A stretch of 32,000 nucleotides of DNA from Haloferax volcanii DS2 (GTDB taxonomy: Archaea > Halobacteriota > Halobacteria > Halobacteriales > Haloferacaceae), in contig NC_013967.1 in NCBI RefSeq assembly GCF_000025685.1, positions 420,001-452,000 of the forward strand, written 5' to 3'. The position numbers were made by a program, and so were the translations under genes. The notes below the pieces were generated by a model. It worked only from the letters and a program-made list of their open reading frames with translations, was not told the DNA's origin and searched no databases. Below are positions 30,349-32,000 of this stretch, piece by piece. Every line of letters begins with the position of its first letter. Position 1 is the first letter of the stretch.

Positions 30349-30960
30349 TCAATCGAACAGGCCGCTCACGTCGTCTTCGCGGCGTCGCCGCCGGCGGACG
30401 TGCTCGCTCAATCGCTGAAACACCAGTCCGCGCTGGGCTTCGTTCCGCACGAAGTCGAACACCATCGCCGTGAACTGCGTCTGTTCCCCGTCGGCGACCT
30501 CTTCGTGGGCGTACCCGACCGCGTCGGCGACGACCGACTCGTCGTAGCCGTCCAGTTCCTCCGCGAGCGTCTCGGCCGCGACCGCGACGGCGTCGAAATC
30601 GAGGTCGTCGTACGTGACGACCCGGTCGTCGAGTCGGAGCGCGGGCGGGTCGGCGGCGACGCCGGGGTCGGCTTCGAGGCGCGCGAGAGATTCTCGAACG
30701 CCGGCGAGGTCGACGCCGCGGTAGTCGTCTGCGAGGCCGTCAAGGTACTCCCGCGCGCTCCGAGCGAGGCCGACCGCGCCGGAGTCGTTGCCGTCGCGGG
30801 CGTGGTGGACCGCCGCGGTGAATTGGATAAGCCCGTGGAGAAACCGCTCGTCGTCGGTGTCGCGTTCGAGCGACAGCCACTTCGACTCCCACGCGCCGTG
30901 GGCCGCCCGGTACGCGCCCGCGTTGTAGATGGCGACGCCTGCGCGAAGCGAATCGTCCAT
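30349..30960 (-). CDS. DUF309-domain protein
   Basis: Track ORF 30349..31191, trimmed to the ATG at 30960 (MDDSLRAGVAIYN). Block YRAAHGAWESKWL...FLHGLIQFTAAVHH is DUF309-like. TATA-like AATCTTTAC lies ~27 nt upstream. Confidence 0.7.
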   Translation of the reverse strand: MDDSLRAGVAIYNAGAYRAAHGAWESKWLSLERDTDDERFLHGLIQFTAAVHHARDGNDSGAVGLARSAREYLDGLADDYRGVDLAGVRESLARLEADPGVAADPPALRLDDRVVTYDDLDFDAVAVAAETLAEELDGYDESVVADAVGYAHEEVADGEQTQFTAMVFDFVRNEAQRGLVFQRLSEHVRRRRRREDDVSGLFD

Positions 30961-31104
30961 GCGAACCGTTCGCCGTCCACGAGTAAAGATTCCGCGAAGG
31001 GCGCGCTCCCGCGGCGTAGGGCTTGCATACTTATCCCTCTCGGGAACATATGAGGTATGATAGCACATGAATACCCTCGAAACCCTCGTCCGAGGTGTCG
31101 AACG

Positions 31105-31329
31105 ATGACCCAGTCCCCGGTTTGTATCCGCTGCGGTGAGCAGTATCTGTTCACGCGGGCGTACAAAGGCAACTACTGTCGGGACTGCCACGGGTCGTGG
31201 GCCGCGAAGCCCCGGTCAGAGGAGGCGCCTCGCCCCCGTCCACAGCGGTCGCGCACGACCTCGTCGGTCCGCCGCCGCGAGGACGACGAGCGGTCGCCCG
31301 GCCTCGAACCGCCGTACGACGAGGCGTAA
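31105..31329 (+). CDS. small zinc-ribbon protein (74 aa) with charged disordered tail
   Basis: Track ORF 31057..31329, trimmed to the ATG at 31105 (MTQSPVCIRCGEQYLFTRAYKGNYCRDCHG). A T5 tract (31335-31339) follows the stop directly. Confidence 0.5.
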   Translation: MTQSPVCIRCGEQYLFTRAYKGNYCRDCHGSWAAKPRSEEAPRPRPQRSRTTSSVRRREDDERSPGLEPPYDEA

Positions 31330-31493
31330 GTTCATTTTTCGGTCCGGACTGCCGAGTGCGCTCGGCGCTCCGTCGGTCGGTCCAACGCCACGTCCCGGCG
31401 GGTAGGCACCCGTTAGCGACGGTTAGGCGCTGATTTTTCCGTCGACTGACCCGACCGGAGTCACTATACGTCGCCCGGACGGGCGCTATCGAA

Positions 31494-32000
31494 ATGTCGT
31501 CCGAGTCGATTACCGTCCATCTCGTCGGGGATTCCACCATGGCCGACAAGGAGGCGCACGAACGCCCGGAGACCGGGTGGGGAATGCCCTTTGCCGACCG
31601 CTTCGACGACGCCGTCACGGTGGCGAACCACGCCCGAAACGGTCGCAGCACCCGCACGTTTCTGGAAGAGGGTCGCTGGCGTCCCGTCGCCCGCCAGTTG
31701 ACCGAGACCGACTACGTGTTCGTCCAGTTCGGCCACAACGACGAGGTGCCGTCGAAAGAACAGCACACGACCGAGGCGGCGTTCGTCGACAACCTCCGGA
31801 AGTTCGTCGGTGAGACGCGCGAACAGGGGGCGACGCCCGTGTTTCTCACGCCCATCGCGCGCCGCCAGTTCGACGACGGCGGCGTCCCGAAAGACACCCA
31901 CCGCGCGTACGCCGACCTGACGAGAACCGTCGCGCTCGACCGCGACGTGCCGCTCATCGACATGGACGAGCGAACGCGGGCGCTCTTGGCTGAACTCGGC
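31494..32000 (+). CDS. SGNH/GDSL hydrolase (rhamnogalacturonan acetylesterase-like), 3' end outside window
   Basis: Absent from the ORF track because it has no stop in the window. My translation from the ATG at 31494: MSSESITVHLVGDSTMADKE...ARNGRSTRTF...VQFGHNDE...VFLTPIARR (SGNH blocks I-III). TATA-like CACTATACG lies 27 nt upstream. Confidence 0.8.
   Translation, partial: MSSESITVHLVGDSTMADKEAHERPETGWGMPFADRFDDAVTVANHARNGRSTRTFLEEGRWRPVARQLTETDYVFVQFGHNDEVPSKEQHTTEAAFVDNLRKFVGETREQGATPVFLTPIARRQFDDGGVPKDTHRAYADLTRTVALDRDVPLIDMDERTRALLAELG

Overview
High-GC (~65%) haloarchaeal chromosomal segment. Most of it is housekeeping or conserved genes. The order HVO_0476-type zinc-finger protein, type II GAPDH, metallophosphoesterase, pgk, type I GAPDH matches what I recall of the Haloferax volcanii HVO_0476-HVO_0481 neighbourhood; this is from memory and not searched. 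I call 46 CDS, refining many ORF-track starts to the first ATG/GTG lying 25-30 nt downstream of an AT-rich TATA-like box (leaderless architecture). These include four short ORFs or fragments absent from the track: two 48-52 aa zinc-finger proteins, a 74 aa zinc ribbon and a 3'-open SGNH hydrolase. There are three tRNA genes, all on the minus strand: two identical tRNA-Phe(GAA) and one tRNA-Val(UAC). The most unusual signal is non-coding. Behind all three tRNA genes sit stacked ~105-133 nt units, each ending in an 18-23 nt copy of the parental tRNA 3' end. All break at the same T-stem position, and four of the five share a GCTCACTNCGTTCG motif even though Phe and Val are unrelated there. The second region of interest is 14.8-18.2 kb, a duplicated regulator module of PPOX-like proteins, wHTH regulators, two zinc-finger micro-proteins and a Cys-rich HTH_10 regulator. 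Other observations are an orphan PrimPol-like protein with substituted catalytic motifs, a tandem csp pair with a conversion-like identity tract, two ATGA/TGATG-coupled micro-ORFs and a NUDIX/MptD-like overlap. No CRISPR array, rRNA, transposase or integrase was seen. All family assignments come from reading the translations; no database search was possible.
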